Of a stretch of DNA of 64,000 nt, positions 1 to 10,602 are shown piece by piece. A model generated the notes under the pieces. The model did not search any database. It had not been told where the DNA came from and worked only from the letters and a program-made list of their open reading frames with translations. The stretch comes from Pseudomonadota bacterium (GTDB lineage: Bacteria > Pseudomonadota > Gammaproteobacteria > Enterobacterales > Alteromonadaceae): positions 4,451 through 68,450 of the forward strand of contig JBNJEZ010000009.1 of NCBI GenBank assembly GCA_051746345.1, given 5' to 3'. How positions within the stretch are numbered: position 1 is the stretch's first letter; each line of letters opens with the position of its first letter. The translations under genes were made by a program, and so were the position numbers.

Positions 1-621
1 ACGCAGCTGCGGATTTAACAACGCAGCAGAATTGTGCAACGAACGACGGTGCTCAGGGTAAGTCCGCTTGATGGCTTCGTACTGCTGCCGCTGAAAATGG
101 TTAAGCGGCAATCCTGTGTCAGCATTCGCTAAATGCGACATTAACGTCACGCTGGCCACATTCGATGAAGCTTCTAAGCGTTTCACAAATGCGTCTGCTT
201 GATCAGTGGCAATGCCTAATCGGTGCATGCCCGTGTCAATTTTCAGCCAAATATCCAGCGGCTGCTTTAACGACGCCTGCTCCAGTAGTTCTAACTGCTG
301 CAGACAGTGCACCACCGTACTGAAGTTTTTATCAACACATAACTTTAGTTCTTCCGCAGTCTGGCAGCCTTCCAGAATTAGTACTGAGTGCCTGGACGCA
401 GGGCAAGCAGCCCGAAGCGCCAACGCCTCGTCGGTAAATCCAACTGCAAATGCGTCAACCTCGTGCTCAAGTGCATCACAGACGGGCTTTATGCCATGAC
501 CATAACCATCAGCTTTAACCACGCCCAGTATTGACGCGGAACCACTGGCGGCTCGAATCCAACGAAGGTTATGTTGTAAAGCGGCTGTATTTATCTCAGC
601 GCGTGTTTTGCGATAATTCAT
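1..621 (-). CDS. alr: Alanine racemase (5' part; runs off window start)
   Basis: Hand translation from ATG at 621: MNYRKTRAEINTAALQHNLRWIRAASGSASILGVVKADGYGHG (PLP-lysine motif), later IDTGMHRLG. Not in ORF track because truncated. Confidence 0.92.
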   Translation of the reverse strand, partial: MNYRKTRAEINTAALQHNLRWIRAASGSASILGVVKADGYGHGIKPVCDALEHEVDAFAVGFTDEALALRAACPASRHSVLILEGCQTAEELKLCVDKNFSTVVHCLQQLELLEQASLKQPLDIWLKIDTGMHRLGIATDQADAFVKRLEASSNVASVTLMSHLANADTGLPLNHFQRQQYEAIKRTYPEHRRSLHNSAALLNPQLR

Positions 622-763
622 GGGCGGTTTGTTATTACTCATGTTAGCAGCGAGTTTATCCTATTTTTCCTCGAGTTTAACGGAAGTCTTTGCACTTCGT
701 TAGAGGCTTCAGTAACGTTAAGCCATATTCAGTTTAAATAATTAATAATTTGAGGAAATCGTT

Positions 764-2806
764 ATGTGGTTAAAAGCGTCCGCACTGGCTGTCGGCATTA
801 GCTTGCTTGCCAGTCCCTATACTGCTGCCGAGGCAGAAACATTTAAAGCCGAAGATATTTTTCAGCTTGAATACGCCAACCAGGTAACCATCTCCCCGGA
901 CGGTAAATACATCGCTTACATCAGAACCAGTTTTGACGACATGAAAGATTCTACACGTGGGTCATTATGGCTGATTGAGACCGACACCGGTGAAGCTTTA
1001 CCCATTTTTGACGATGGCCATAGTTACAGCAACCTCAGTTGGTCCAATGACAGTGGTCGACTGGCTTTCACATCAAACCGAAACGAGAAAAACCAAATTC
1101 ATGTTTATTGGGTGGAACAGCAAAAAGTCGCCAAAGTGTCGCAGGTGCATGAATCGCCCTCCAGTTTAAGTTGGTCAAACGACGACTCAACGATTGCCTT
1201 CATGATGTCAGTAAAAGCACCGCCGACTGATTTCGCCAAATCAGTAAAAATGCCGAGCAAACCTGAAGGGGCAGAATGGTCCGGCAACCCGGTCATCGTC
1301 GAGGAAACTTATTACCAACGGGATGGCAGAGGTATTTTAGATCCCGCCCACCAACAGCTTTTCACCGTTCCTGCACTGGGCGGCACAGCCCGGCAGTTGA
1401 CGGAAGGGCCTTACAGCCACCGCGGTCCACTAACTTGGGCAGCCGACGACAGTAGCATCGTATTTTCAGCTAATCGCAATGAAGATTGGGCGTATCAAGT
1501 TAATGAAAGCGATCTTTATTCGGTGTCTGTCAACGATAAGAAGCTAAGCCAAGTCACTGATATCCCTGGGCAGGAGCATTCGGCCCAGTTTTCGCCTAAT
1601 GGCGAGCGACTGACCTACTTACATAGCGGTAACGAGCCGGTGCCATATCATAAAAGTCAGCTGTGGGTTATGGATTGGGACAGCCAGGACAGCCAACAGC
1701 TGCAAACAGAGTTAGACCGTTCATTCAGTAATCCGCAGTGGACAGGGCAAGACAGTATTGCAGTACAATTTGCAGACCGTGGTAAAAACGTGATTGCGTC
1801 GGTTTCTCTTAACGACGAGATGACCCGTCTTACCGACGATGTTGGTGGAACCTATGTTAGCCGCCCATACACCATGGGCTCATTTAGCGCCGCCGAAAAC
1901 GGCGCTATTGCTTATACTCAGGGCAGCGCTTATCGACCTGCGGACGTTGGTTTCATCAATCCAAGCGCTGAGCGCACAGCGTTAACCGAGCTGAACGAAG
2001 ATTTACTCGGTTATCGCGAATTGGGTGAAGTTCACGAAATTGAATTTGAATCTCGTTACGACGGAGAGCAGATTCAAGGCTGGTATATTACGCCTCCGGG
2101 ATTCGATAGCAGTAAAGAGTATCCTTTACTACTGGAGATCCACGGCGGGCCTCACCTATCTTATGGTCCGCACTTTGCCGCCGAGCACCAGCGGTACGCA
2201 GCTGAAGGCTACGTTGTGTTATATGTTAACCACCGCGGCAGCACCTCGTACGGCAAAGACTTTGCCATGCTACTCGATGGCAACTATTCCTCGCCGTACG
2301 ACTTTGCTGATCACATGAGTGGTGTTGATGCACTTATCGACAAAGGCTTTATCGACAGCAACAACCTGTTTATTGCCGGCGGCTCGGCAGGTGGCATTGC
2401 TACTGCCTATGCCGTTGGTATGACCGATCGATTTAACGCAGCGGCCGCCACTAATCCGGTGATCAACTGGGTCAGTAAAGTACTTACTGCGGATAGCTCG
2501 ATAGGACAAATTCATAACCAATTCCCTGGCATGCCCTGGGAAGAGATAGAGCACTATTGGGAGCGTTCCCCGCTATCGTTAGTCGGCAATGTTAAAACGC
2601 CTGTGCTGTTATTTACCGGCGAAGATGATCGGCGCACACCAATCTCAGAGACTGAACAATTTTATCAGGCGCTTCAATTGCAACAGGTAGACACCGCTAT
2701 GGTAAGAGTGCCCGGCGCCTCTCATGGCGTTACTGCGCGGCCGTCTAATATGATTGCTAAAATTGAACACGCGCTGGCGTGGTTTGCGAAGTATAAACAA
2801 GACTAA
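764..2806 (+). CDS. Secreted S9 family (acylaminoacyl/prolyl oligopeptidase-like) serine peptidase
   Basis: Signal peptide, beta-propeller repeats, HGGP, GGSAGG nucleophile motif, C-terminal Asp and His (ASHG). Confidence 0.9.
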   Translation: MWLKASALAVGISLLASPYTAAEAETFKAEDIFQLEYANQVTISPDGKYIAYIRTSFDDMKDSTRGSLWLIETDTGEALPIFDDGHSYSNLSWSNDSGRLAFTSNRNEKNQIHVYWVEQQKVAKVSQVHESPSSLSWSNDDSTIAFMMSVKAPPTDFAKSVKMPSKPEGAEWSGNPVIVEETYYQRDGRGILDPAHQQLFTVPALGGTARQLTEGPYSHRGPLTWAADDSSIVFSANRNEDWAYQVNESDLYSVSVNDKKLSQVTDIPGQEHSAQFSPNGERLTYLHSGNEPVPYHKSQLWVMDWDSQDSQQLQTELDRSFSNPQWTGQDSIAVQFADRGKNVIASVSLNDEMTRLTDDVGGTYVSRPYTMGSFSAAENGAIAYTQGSAYRPADVGFINPSAERTALTELNEDLLGYRELGEVHEIEFESRYDGEQIQGWYITPPGFDSSKEYPLLLEIHGGPHLSYGPHFAAEHQRYAAEGYVVLYVNHRGSTSYGKDFAMLLDGNYSSPYDFADHMSGVDALIDKGFIDSNNLFIAGGSAGGIATAYAVGMTDRFNAAAATNPVINWVSKVLTADSSIGQIHNQFPGMPWEEIEHYWERSPLSLVGNVKTPVLLFTGEDDRRTPISETEQFYQALQLQQVDTAMVRVPGASHGVTARPSNMIAKIEHALAWFAKYKQD

Positions 2807-3630
2807 TGCAGGTAACAGAATCTCAACTCGTTACTTTGGGGCCTGCCGGCACGTTCTCGGAGCTTGCCGCGCAGACTTGGTTAAAACAACAGTCTCTGGA
2901 CTTAACGATTAACCTACAGGATTCGTTGCCGGCCGTTATTGAGGCCGTCAACGAGTCACAGCTCGGACTTGCACCGATCGAAAATTTAAGCGAAGGCTTT
3001 GTCTCGCCGGTGGTTGATTCTCTAGTTCATAAATCGCTACACATTATTGCCGAGTTAACCCTACCGGTAGAGTTTCAAATTGTGACCAATCATCCCAGCC
3101 CAAGGTCAATTTATGCACAGTTCGTGGCTGCCGGTCAGTGTCGAAGGGCGCTGCAGCAGCTAGCATTACCGGTAACCCATACCAGTAGCAATAGTGAATC
3201 GCTAAACAGTCTATTGGGGACGTCGGAGCCCTCTGCTGCGCTTGTGCCAAGTCATATACAATGCCCGGATCAACTTACTTTATTAAGCTCACGAGCAGCC
3301 GACATCGCGCATAACGAAACTCGCTTTGTGGTATTATCAGCAAATAATTTGGCCCCTGCATACGACCCCAACAGGCGCTGGAAAAGCAGTGTTCTGTTGA
3401 TTGATGACAATGATCATCCAGGACTTCTGGTGGATAGTTTGTCGGTTTTTGCGCGACGAGCTATAAACTTAACATCAATTGTTTCGCGGCCAACCGGGGG
3501 CGGTTTTGGTCAGTACCACTTTTTCATTGATTTTGATGGCCATATTCAACAGTCTCACGTGCAAGAAGCCCTGGAGCAGCTTGCTAAATTAAACCATTTA
3601 CGCTGGTTGGGCAGTTACCAAGCTGCTTAA
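2806..3630 (+). CDS. Monofunctional prephenate dehydratase-like protein (PDT + ACT domain)
   Basis: LGPAGTFSE, PIENLSEG, NETRF, ACT domain with PGLL, SRP, FFIDFDGH, LGSY; TAATG overlap with upstream gene. Confidence 0.8.
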   Translation: MQVTESQLVTLGPAGTFSELAAQTWLKQQSLDLTINLQDSLPAVIEAVNESQLGLAPIENLSEGFVSPVVDSLVHKSLHIIAELTLPVEFQIVTNHPSPRSIYAQFVAAGQCRRALQQLALPVTHTSSNSESLNSLLGTSEPSAALVPSHIQCPDQLTLLSSRAADIAHNETRFVVLSANNLAPAYDPNRRWKSSVLLIDDNDHPGLLVDSLSVFARRAINLTSIVSRPTGGGFGQYHFFIDFDGHIQQSHVQEALEQLAKLNHLRWLGSYQAA

Positions 3631-3657
3631 CCCAATATCTTAGAAACAGGAGAGTAC

Positions 3658-4311
3658 ATGTCACTGGACGTTATAAAGCATGAGCCAAGCCAACCGGCGG
3701 ACGCGGTAATTATCTGGCTACACGGACTTGGCGCATCGGGTAACGATTTTGTTCCGATGACTGAACATTTGCAGTTTGACAATGCCAACCTGCGCTTTTT
3801 GTTTCCTAACGCCCCGCAACTACCGGTGACAATTAATCAGGGCATGGTCATGCCTGCCTGGTACGATATTACTGACATTAGTATCGATCGCACAATAGAC
3901 AGCAAGCAGTTAAGAGAGTCTGCGCAACAGGTGCATGCATTAATTGATCAACAAATAGCGGCAGGAGTTGATAGTCGCCGTATTATTATTGCTGGTTTTT
4001 CGCAAGGTGGCGCGGTCGGCTACGAAGCGGCGTTAACCTACCCTAAAGCACTGGGAGGCTTAATGGCCCATTCGACTTACTTTGCAACGGCCAACGATAT
4101 ACAACCCAGTGACGCTAATAAAGCGTTGCCGATATTGGTCCAGCACGGCACTCAGGATCCGGTTGTGCCGGAAGCATTGGGTCGTAAAGCCGCAGACGAG
4201 CTAAAAAGCCGCGGCTATACGATTACTTATCAGACCTACCCCATGCCACACTCGCTGTGTCTGGAGCAGGTGCAGGATATGAAGCAGTGGCTGACGGCAC
4301 GGTTTAGCTAG
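3658..4311 (+). CDS. Phospholipase/carboxylesterase (alpha/beta hydrolase)
   Basis: WLHGLGA, MPAWYD, GFSQGG, HGTQDPVV, MPHS motifs. Confidence 0.9.
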   Translation: MSLDVIKHEPSQPADAVIIWLHGLGASGNDFVPMTEHLQFDNANLRFLFPNAPQLPVTINQGMVMPAWYDITDISIDRTIDSKQLRESAQQVHALIDQQIAAGVDSRRIIIAGFSQGGAVGYEAALTYPKALGGLMAHSTYFATANDIQPSDANKALPILVQHGTQDPVVPEALGRKAADELKSRGYTITYQTYPMPHSLCLEQVQDMKQWLTARFS

Positions 4312-4319
4312 ATTATTGG

Positions 4320-5405
4320 TTACGCCAGTAGCTGGAGCTCGTTACACCATTGTGAAGCGAGCTTCTCACCCCGCTCAAAGGTATCAATCATAAAGTTTAC
4401 ATGACCGACTTTGCGGCCCGGCCGGGAGTCTTTACCATACCAATGGCAATCGGCTGCTGAGGCCTCCCAAAGAACTTCTGGCAAGCCATCAATACCAATC
4501 GCATTAATCATCAGTGTCGGCGCTACTAAAAAATCCGGTAGCGGCAATCCGGTAATACAACGAATATGTAAATTAAACTGGTCACAGTTGGCACCGCTCA
4601 TGGTCCAGTGTCCAGAGTTATGGACTCTGGGTGCAATTTCGTTAACCAACAGCTGCTGACTCTCGCCATCACCCACCACAAAAAATTCGATGGCTAAAAC
4701 GCCAATGTAATCAATATGATCGGTTAGTTTTTGGTGATATTCCTGCGCTTGTTGCTCTAAAGCTTCCGAAAACTGCTGAGCACCGGCCATGCTATAGGCT
4801 AAAATTCCGTCCTTATGGACATTGACGGTGAGTGGATAGCCACGCTGTTCGCCATGGTGATCGCGGGCAGCAACAACAGACACCTCGTGCGTAAATCCGA
4901 TCATGTCCTCAACGATACCCGGCCGCTGTCCGGCATCCATCGCCAGCGACGAAATATCTTGGCCTGGCTTCCAACGCCACTGACCTTTACCGTCATAACC
5001 GCCCCGAGCTGACTTAATAACAACCGGTTTTTCTGTTTTTTCCAAGATCCGCTGCAGTTGTTCTGCATCCTCAAATGCTTGCCAGGGGGATGTCGGTATA
5101 CCTAGTTCATCACACAATGCTTTTTGTGAGCGACGGTCGGTTAATTGTTTAAACCGCTCGGCTTTCAATAAAAACTTGTCGTTGGTAAGACTAACAAGAT
5201 CATCGGCAAGGTGCTCATGCTCCCAGGTGACTACGTCGGCCCAATTTTTGGCTTCGTCTAACGACAGACTTAACGCCTGCTGACTGCCAAGCGCCATCAC
5301 TTTATGTTCGCGATCACTGTAGAGCACACATTGATGTCCCTGCTGGATAACCGCTTTACCCAACATTTGTCCCAGCTGACCGTTACCGAGAATCAGTATA
5401 TTCAT
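4320..5405 (-). CDS. purK: N5-carboxyaminoimidazole ribonucleotide synthase
   Basis: [39 protein letters not shown]; downstream of purE. Confidence 0.95.
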   Translation of the reverse strand: MNILILGNGQLGQMLGKAVIQQGHQCVLYSDREHKVMALGSQQALSLSLDEAKNWADVVTWEHEHLADDLVSLTNDKFLLKAERFKQLTDRRSQKALCDELGIPTSPWQAFEDAEQLQRILEKTEKPVVIKSARGGYDGKGQWRWKPGQDISSLAMDAGQRPGIVEDMIGFTHEVSVVAARDHHGEQRGYPLTVNVHKDGILAYSMAGAQQFSEALEQQAQEYHQKLTDHIDYIGVLAIEFFVVGDGESQQLLVNEIAPRVHNSGHWTMSGANCDQFNLHIRCITGLPLPDFLVAPTLMINAIGIDGLPEVLWEASAADCHWYGKDSRPGRKVGHVNFMIDTFERGEKLASQWCNELQLLA

Positions 5406-5893
5406 TTAGGAAGCTCCAGATCCGCGTTGGCCATTACCTTATCGCGCTGTCGCTGTCGAAACTGTATCACCCGCTCGCGCACGGTTGCATCGAAAGAACC
5501 AATTATCTGTGCCGCCAACAACCCGGCGTTAGCTGCTCCGGCTTCACCAATAGCCAAGGCACCCACGGCAACACCTTTTGGCATTTGAACGATAGATAGC
5601 AAGCTGTCCATACCTTTTAGCTGCTTACTGGCTACCGGAACACCTAGCACCGGGATTGCCGTATGAGCCGCTAACATTCCAGGTAAGTGCGCTGCACCAC
5701 CGGCTCCAGCTATCACAACTTTGACGTCGTCAATTTCTGCCTGCTCCATGTGCGACTTTAATAAGTCGGGCGTACGATGAGCAGAAGCCACTTTTGCTTG
5801 CCAGTCGACGCCGAGGTCATCGAGCATTAATGCTGCTTTTTGCATTGTCGGCCAGTCAGACTGAGAGCCCATAAGAATTAGAACGGAAGCCAT
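5402..5893 (-). CDS. purE: N5-CAIR mutase
   Basis: [34 protein letters not shown]; start taken as ATG at 5893. Confidence 0.95.
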   Translation of the reverse strand: MASVLILMGSQSDWPTMQKAALMLDDLGVDWQAKVASAHRTPDLLKSHMEQAEIDDVKVVIAGAGGAAHLPGMLAAHTAIPVLGVPVASKQLKGMDSLLSIVQMPKGVAVGALAIGEAGAANAGLLAAQIIGSFDATVRERVIQFRQRQRDKVMANADLELPK

Positions 5894-5941
5894 GGAACAC
5901 CTTTTTGATTGGGTAGATTTCAACCACTTGAAAAGCACGGA

Positions 5942-5970
5942 ATTGTAGCCATCGCGGGCCAAAACTGCAA
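5942..5970 (-). promoter_or_regulatory. Putative sigma-70 promoter of purEK
   Basis: Minus strand TTGCAG-N17-TACAAT about 50 nt upstream of purE. Confidence 0.55.
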
Positions 5971-6087
5971 ATAAATCGCAGGTTTTTTGGCCGCCTCCCC
6001 CTATCAATTTAGACCAATGGAGGGTGGCAATCATGCCATTTTAAGGTATGGTTTTAGTCTATTGACTTGTCGTTTAGAGGCCTGAAT

Positions 6088-6633
6088 ATGCTTTTATCTG
6101 CGGAACATTCGTTACTCCTTATCGTTGATGCTCAAGAAAAATTACTACCAGCGATTCACCAGCGCGATAACGTAACTTCACGCATGCGTTGGTTATCGGA
6201 GATAGCTCTACAACTGAGTCTACCGGTACTTATTACTGAGCAAAACCCGAAAGGCCTTGGCTACACAGTACCCAATCTGCAGGAAATAATCGAATCCGCA
6301 CGAGTAGTCGAAAAGACCCACTTTAGCGCGATGAAAGAAGAGAGTTTTCGAGAGGTACTCAGCGAATATAATAAAAAGCAAGTCGTGGTAATGGGTATGG
6401 AGACTCATGTTTGTGTTATGCAGACAGCCATGGAAATGAAGTCAGAGGGTTATCAAGTGTTTTTGCCCTCTGACTGCGTTGGTTCACGCCGACCCAGCGA
6501 TAAAGAGACTGCAATAGAGCGTTTACGTAATAATGGCGTTCATATTATTACTTCCGAAATGGCCGCTTTTGAGTGGTTAGAGAAGTCTGGCACCGACACA
6601 TTTCGGCATATCAGTCGAAACTGGCTGAAATAA
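6088..6633 (+). CDS. Isochorismatase family hydrolase
   Basis: LLIVDAQEKL, TEQNPKGLG, KTHFS, GMETHVCV; ATG at 6088 after GAGG. Confidence 0.88.
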   Translation: MLLSAEHSLLLIVDAQEKLLPAIHQRDNVTSRMRWLSEIALQLSLPVLITEQNPKGLGYTVPNLQEIIESARVVEKTHFSAMKEESFREVLSEYNKKQVVVMGMETHVCVMQTAMEMKSEGYQVFLPSDCVGSRRPSDKETAIERLRNNGVHIITSEMAAFEWLEKSGTDTFRHISRNWLK

Positions 6634-6645
6634 TTTGGCTTTTCA

Positions 6646-6673
6646 TTGACAGAGCTTTTGTAGTGTATATACT
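6646..6673 (+). promoter_or_regulatory. Sigma-70 promoter of the cold-shock gene, implying a ~135-nt 5' UTR
   Basis: TTGACA (6646-6651)-N16-TATACT (6668-6673). Confidence 0.7.
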
Positions 6674-6816
6674 CGGAGGTGCTGAGAAAATTCGGCTATT
6701 GATTTGAGATTTGTGTACGAAGTCCTCCTTTTTGCTGTACCTCGTTTTGTAAGTCCAAGTAATACCTAAGTTTCTGAGCAATTGATTTTTAACATGCACT
6801 ACGAGGATATATCAGC

Positions 6817-7023
6817 ATGTCTACTACGACTGGTAAAGTAAAATTCTTTAACGAAGCGAAAGGCTTCGGTTTCATCGAGCAAGAAAATGGCGCGGACGTT
6901 TTCGTTCATTTCAGCGCTATCCAAGCAGACGGTTTCAAAACTTTGGCTGAAGGCCAGCAAGTTTCTTTCACCGTAGCACAAGGTCCTAAAGGTCCTCAGG
7001 CTGAAAACGTCGTTCCTATGTAA
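6817..7023 (+). CDS. Cold-shock protein (CspA family)
   Basis: RNP1 KGFGFI, RNP2 [15 protein letters not shown]. Confidence 0.97.
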   Translation: MSTTTGKVKFFNEAKGFGFIEQENGADVFVHFSAIQADGFKTLAEGQQVSFTVAQGPKGPQAENVVPM

Positions 7024-7045
7024 GCAACGCGTTTAAAGAATTCTG

Positions 7046-7082
7046 AAAAACGCCGCTCTGGTTTCAGAGCGGCGTTTTTTTA
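7046..7082 (+). terminator. Rho-independent terminator after csp
   Basis: AAAAACGCCGCTCTG-GTTT-CAGAGCGGCGTTTTTTTT. Confidence 0.92.
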
Positions 7083-7094
7083 TGGAAATACACT

Positions 7095-7121
7095 TAAATT
7101 TAGTAAGGGTTTAGCCGATAA
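7095..7121 (+). promoter_or_regulatory. Sigma-28 (FliA) promoter of the chemoreceptor gene
   Basis: Exact TAAA-N15-GCCGATAA consensus. Confidence 0.88.
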
Positions 7122-7176
7122 TACGTCTATTGATACAAATCAACGCAGCGATGCTACTTAGCTAAGTTATAAAATT

Positions 7177-8748
7177 ATGAGAGATAACGGGCCTGTAACC
7201 CAGAAAGAGAAACATATTCCAGCGCATTACCGGTTGGTCTCATCGACCGACTTAAAAGGGGTTATTACCCACTGTAACCAAGACTTTGTCGATATCAGTG
7301 GCTATACCGAACAGGAGCTAATTGGAGCACCACACAATATTCTACGTCACCCTGACGTGCCGGCTCCCGTGTTCGAGAATATGTGGAAAACCATTAAGCG
7401 CGGCAAGCCTTGGATGGGGCTTGTTAAAAACCGCAGTAAAAACGGTGACCATTACTGGGTTAGTGCGTATGTTACCCCGATCATGGAAAACGGCAAACCG
7501 AAAGGGTTTGAGTCAGTCAGAGTCCCCACCACTGACGAACGGAAAACGCGAGCTATGGCCGTCTATGAACGGTTGAATAATGGTAAGCAGCCGCTACCGA
7601 CTATCAAACGCCTATGGTTTTCAGTTAAAAACCTGTCTCCGGTTATAATACCTGGCTTATTGGCTACAGCAGCGCTGTGGGTAGTATCCGGTGGTACGGC
7701 AGCGCTAATCTCACTGGCAGCGACGCTCGTTTCTGCGGGCTTTTATCGCCACTACATCAGCTCCATGATGCAACGGCTACTGGATAGCAGACCCGAAGCC
7801 TTCGCTTCCGAACTGGTTGGCATGACCTACTTTCCCACGCATGGCCGCGAAGCTCGGCTAGCAATGTTGTTGCACAGCGAGGCAGCTCGAAACTATACCG
7901 CGTTAACTCGTATCAAAGACGCCGTTGCCGGTATCCTCTCAGTCGCCGAAGACACCCGTCAGCAGGCTCGTAACAGTCACGAGCAAGTTGGCCGTCAGAC
8001 CGCTGCAACCGATCAAACGGCTACAGCCATGAACCAAATGGCGACTGCCATTCAAGAAGTCGCCGGTACCGTTGAAAAGAATGCTGAGCAAGCCGACTTT
8101 GCCCGACAAAATGTTGAACGCAGTGTGGCGCTGGCGCGCGACGCTAGCAGCGTTATCGTCGATTTACATAAAGCGGTAGAACAGATAGCGACAACCGTTC
8201 AAGCGCTGGACGAATCGACCGGAGCAATTGGCGAAGCTGCCGACCTAATCTCGTCCATAGCGGACCAAACGAATCTGTTAGCGCTTAACGCTGCCATAGA
8301 GGCAGCAAGAGCTGGTGAGCATGGCCGCGGGTTCTCAGTTGTAGCGGATGAAGTTCGAAATTTGGCGTCCCGAACTACCGACTCGACTGACAGCATTCAC
8401 CAGGTCATTGCTCAGTTACGAGAACGTGCAAAAGAAGCCGTACAAGTTTCTAGACGCGGTGAGACTGCCGCTGCAGAGGGCGTTGAGAAGGTTCGCAAGG
8501 CCGACGAAGCGCTGGGTGAAATTGCTGAAGCTATCGAACAAATTGCGGCAATGTCGACACAGATGGCATCAGCAGTAGAAGAACAAAGTGGTGTTGCTGA
8601 GCACATTAGTGAGCAGGTTACCGAAATTTCGGACATTGGCCGACAGACACAGAAAACTTCTGAAGACACAGAATCCTCTAGCCAAGAGCTAGAGAAAACT
8701 GTGAAAGAACTGTATGAGTTAATTGAGCGCTTTAATCTGAAGAATTAG
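7177..8748 (+). CDS. aer: Aer-type PAS-domain methyl-accepting chemotaxis protein
   Basis: N-terminal MRDNGPVTQ...HNILRHPD...[11 protein letters not shown], membrane hairpin, [34 protein letters not shown]. Confidence 0.88.
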   Translation: MRDNGPVTQKEKHIPAHYRLVSSTDLKGVITHCNQDFVDISGYTEQELIGAPHNILRHPDVPAPVFENMWKTIKRGKPWMGLVKNRSKNGDHYWVSAYVTPIMENGKPKGFESVRVPTTDERKTRAMAVYERLNNGKQPLPTIKRLWFSVKNLSPVIIPGLLATAALWVVSGGTAALISLAATLVSAGFYRHYISSMMQRLLDSRPEAFASELVGMTYFPTHGREARLAMLLHSEAARNYTALTRIKDAVAGILSVAEDTRQQARNSHEQVGRQTAATDQTATAMNQMATAIQEVAGTVEKNAEQADFARQNVERSVALARDASSVIVDLHKAVEQIATTVQALDESTGAIGEAADLISSIADQTNLLALNAAIEAARAGEHGRGFSVVADEVRNLASRTTDSTDSIHQVIAQLRERAKEAVQVSRRGETAAAEGVEKVRKADEALGEIAEAIEQIAAMSTQMASAVEEQSGVAEHISEQVTEISDIGRQTQKTSEDTESSSQELEKTVKELYELIERFNLKN

Positions 8749-9574
8749 AGTTTGCGTTAGTGTTTGTCTTACCATCGCTTTGATGGGATTCGCGTCGCTC
8801 TGCGGCGCGAACCGTCTCTTCTAAGAATTCCACGTCCTCTACGTCAACTTTTGGAATTTCGCCGCAAACATCACCACCCAGCTTGTTAACTGCCTGGCAC
8901 AAATCAGAGACTTTTTGATCCAAAACATCCACATGATCAAGCATTCGGCCAATTGCCGTGGCAACAGGATCTGGATTATCTGCGGCAATAGCGTACGCAT
9001 CGAAGCCGTAAGCTTTGGCCATTTTCTTGCGACGCTCCGAGGTTTCGTTATCAATATCGGACTTAGCGACTCGAGCGGGAATGCCAACCATGGTCGCTTT
9101 CTCCGGAACATCTCTAACCACGACGGCATTAGAGCCAATCCTGGCAGCCTCACCCACAGTTACAGGGCCTAATACTTTTGCGCCAGCGCCAATAACCACC
9201 CCATTTTTTAATGTTGGATGACGCTTACCTTTGTCCCAACTCGTGCCGCCCAGGGTAACCCCGTGGTACAAAGTGACATCATCGCCAATATCAGCGGTCT
9301 CGCCAATGACAACACCCATACCATGATCAATAAAAAATCGGCGCCCTATCTTAGCGCCGGGATGTATTTCTATACCAGTCAGCCAACGGGCAATATTGGA
9401 TAAGAACCGGGCTAACCAATACATACGCCAGCACCAAAGCTTATGGCTTATCCGGTGAAACCAGATGGCGTGCAACCCGGGGTAATTAAACAACACTTCA
9501 AACGCATTACGCGCCGCAGGATCACGCTCGAAAACGCTGCGAATGTCTTCCCTCATACCGCTAAAAAAGGCCAT
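8732..9574 (-). CDS. cysE: Serine O-acetyltransferase
   Basis: [32 protein letters not shown] hexapeptide repeats. Confidence 0.93.
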   Translation of the reverse strand: MAFFSGMREDIRSVFERDPAARNAFEVLFNYPGLHAIWFHRISHKLWCWRMYWLARFLSNIARWLTGIEIHPGAKIGRRFFIDHGMGVVIGETADIGDDVTLYHGVTLGGTSWDKGKRHPTLKNGVVIGAGAKVLGPVTVGEAARIGSNAVVVRDVPEKATMVGIPARVAKSDIDNETSERRKKMAKAYGFDAYAIAADNPDPVATAIGRMLDHVDVLDQKVSDLCQAVNKLGGDVCGEIPKVDVEDVEFLEETVRAAERRESHQSDGKTNTNANSNSSD

Positions 9575-9589
9575 AATTCTTCTCTATCA

Positions 9590-10039
9590 CTAGCCGAACG
9601 GTTTTAAGAGCTTATTAACATCAGCAAGAATTGCTTCTTTCATGCTAACTTCATAGCCCTCTCGTTCCTTATCCATTTCCCGTATTTTCTTTTTAGGGAA
9701 CTTTTTTCTATTTTCATGGGTAGGCATATGTTTTATTTTTTCATACATCTCATGCATTGCAGGATAGTCTTTCGAGTAATCATATTCCACCGCTTCTGGA
9801 CGGTGATCAAGGAGCACAACAATACGTAAGCAGCCTTCAGAGAAAGGGCATTGCTCTTGCTGCATCGCCTTAGCAATAGTGATGATACTCTCGTCAATAC
9901 GGTCAACCCGCTTTTGCACCGAATCCCGGCGAAGCTGATTTTGCTGTTTTAACCGACGTAATAGTTTACTAGCGTACAACGCCAGTCCAACAATAATCAG
10001 TACACCCAAAATAATTATTAATAACGTTGTTGCTGACAT
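9590..10039 (-). CDS. DUF2489-like membrane-anchored protein
   Basis: N-terminal TM, IAKAMQQEQCPFSEGCLR, HMPTH; usual neighbour of yihI. Confidence 0.75.
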   Translation of the reverse strand: MSATTLLIIILGVLIIVGLALYASKLLRRLKQQNQLRRDSVQKRVDRIDESIITIAKAMQQEQCPFSEGCLRIVVLLDHRPEAVEYDYSKDYPAMHEMYEKIKHMPTHENRKKFPKKKIREMDKEREGYEVSMKEAILADVNKLLKPFG

Positions 10040-10479
10040 TAGTACTCCTCGTCGTCCCAGTCGTCTTCTATATCAATACCGAGTTTCTCTGCTAATTGTT
10101 CATAACGCTCAGACTTTTTATCCAAATAGCGCTGTTCTTCTGCGCTCAGCTCTTCACCCTGTTCAAAACGCTCAACTAACGTCTGTAGTTTTACATCTTG
10201 CTCTAATTGCTTGAGCTCTTCAGCCGGTGACATTTCGCTTGAACTGCTCGGTTCCAACGGCGTCACTAATGGGATTTTTCGACGGCTACCTTTACGTGGG
10301 TCCTGCTTTTCGGTCGTCTGCTGTTCAGTATGTGATTTTCCACTAGAGTGACGTTGACCGGGTTGATGCCCCTTGCCTTTCTTCTTTCCTTTTACCGTTT
10401 TCTCTGATGTTTTTTCATCGCGAGGTTTTTTTCCCGGGGCTAATGGACCCGGCTTTCTAGATTTCTTTTGGCGAGTCAT
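10039..10479 (-). CDS. yihI: Der GTPase-activating protein YihI
   Basis: MTRQKKSRK, DPRKGSRRKIPL, acidic C-terminus; near engB. Confidence 0.88.
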   Translation of the reverse strand: MTRQKKSRKPGPLAPGKKPRDEKTSEKTVKGKKKGKGHQPGQRHSSGKSHTEQQTTEKQDPRKGSRRKIPLVTPLEPSSSSEMSPAEELKQLEQDVKLQTLVERFEQGEELSAEEQRYLDKKSERYEQLAEKLGIDIEDDWDDEEY

Positions 10480-10569
10480 ACTAATTCCTTATCATGTGCA
10501 ATACAGTTATTGTAACGCATTGCAGGATAATTCGTCAGTGAATGATTGATAGAGAAGGGATTAAAGCCT

Positions 10570-10602
10570 AAAAAGAAAAAAGGCGATGCATTTGCATCGC
10601 CT
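10570..10602 (-). terminator. Rho-independent terminator of the candidate ncRNA
   Basis: Minus strand AGGCGATGCA-AA-TGCATCGCCT followed by TTTTTCTTTTT. Confidence 0.88.

Noticed and set aside
5894-6087. Purine-related riboswitch or N-terminal extension of purE (ORF to 6034)
   Set aside because: The likely promoter lies only ~50 nt upstream of ATG 5893, leaving no room; the extension has no PurE similarity.
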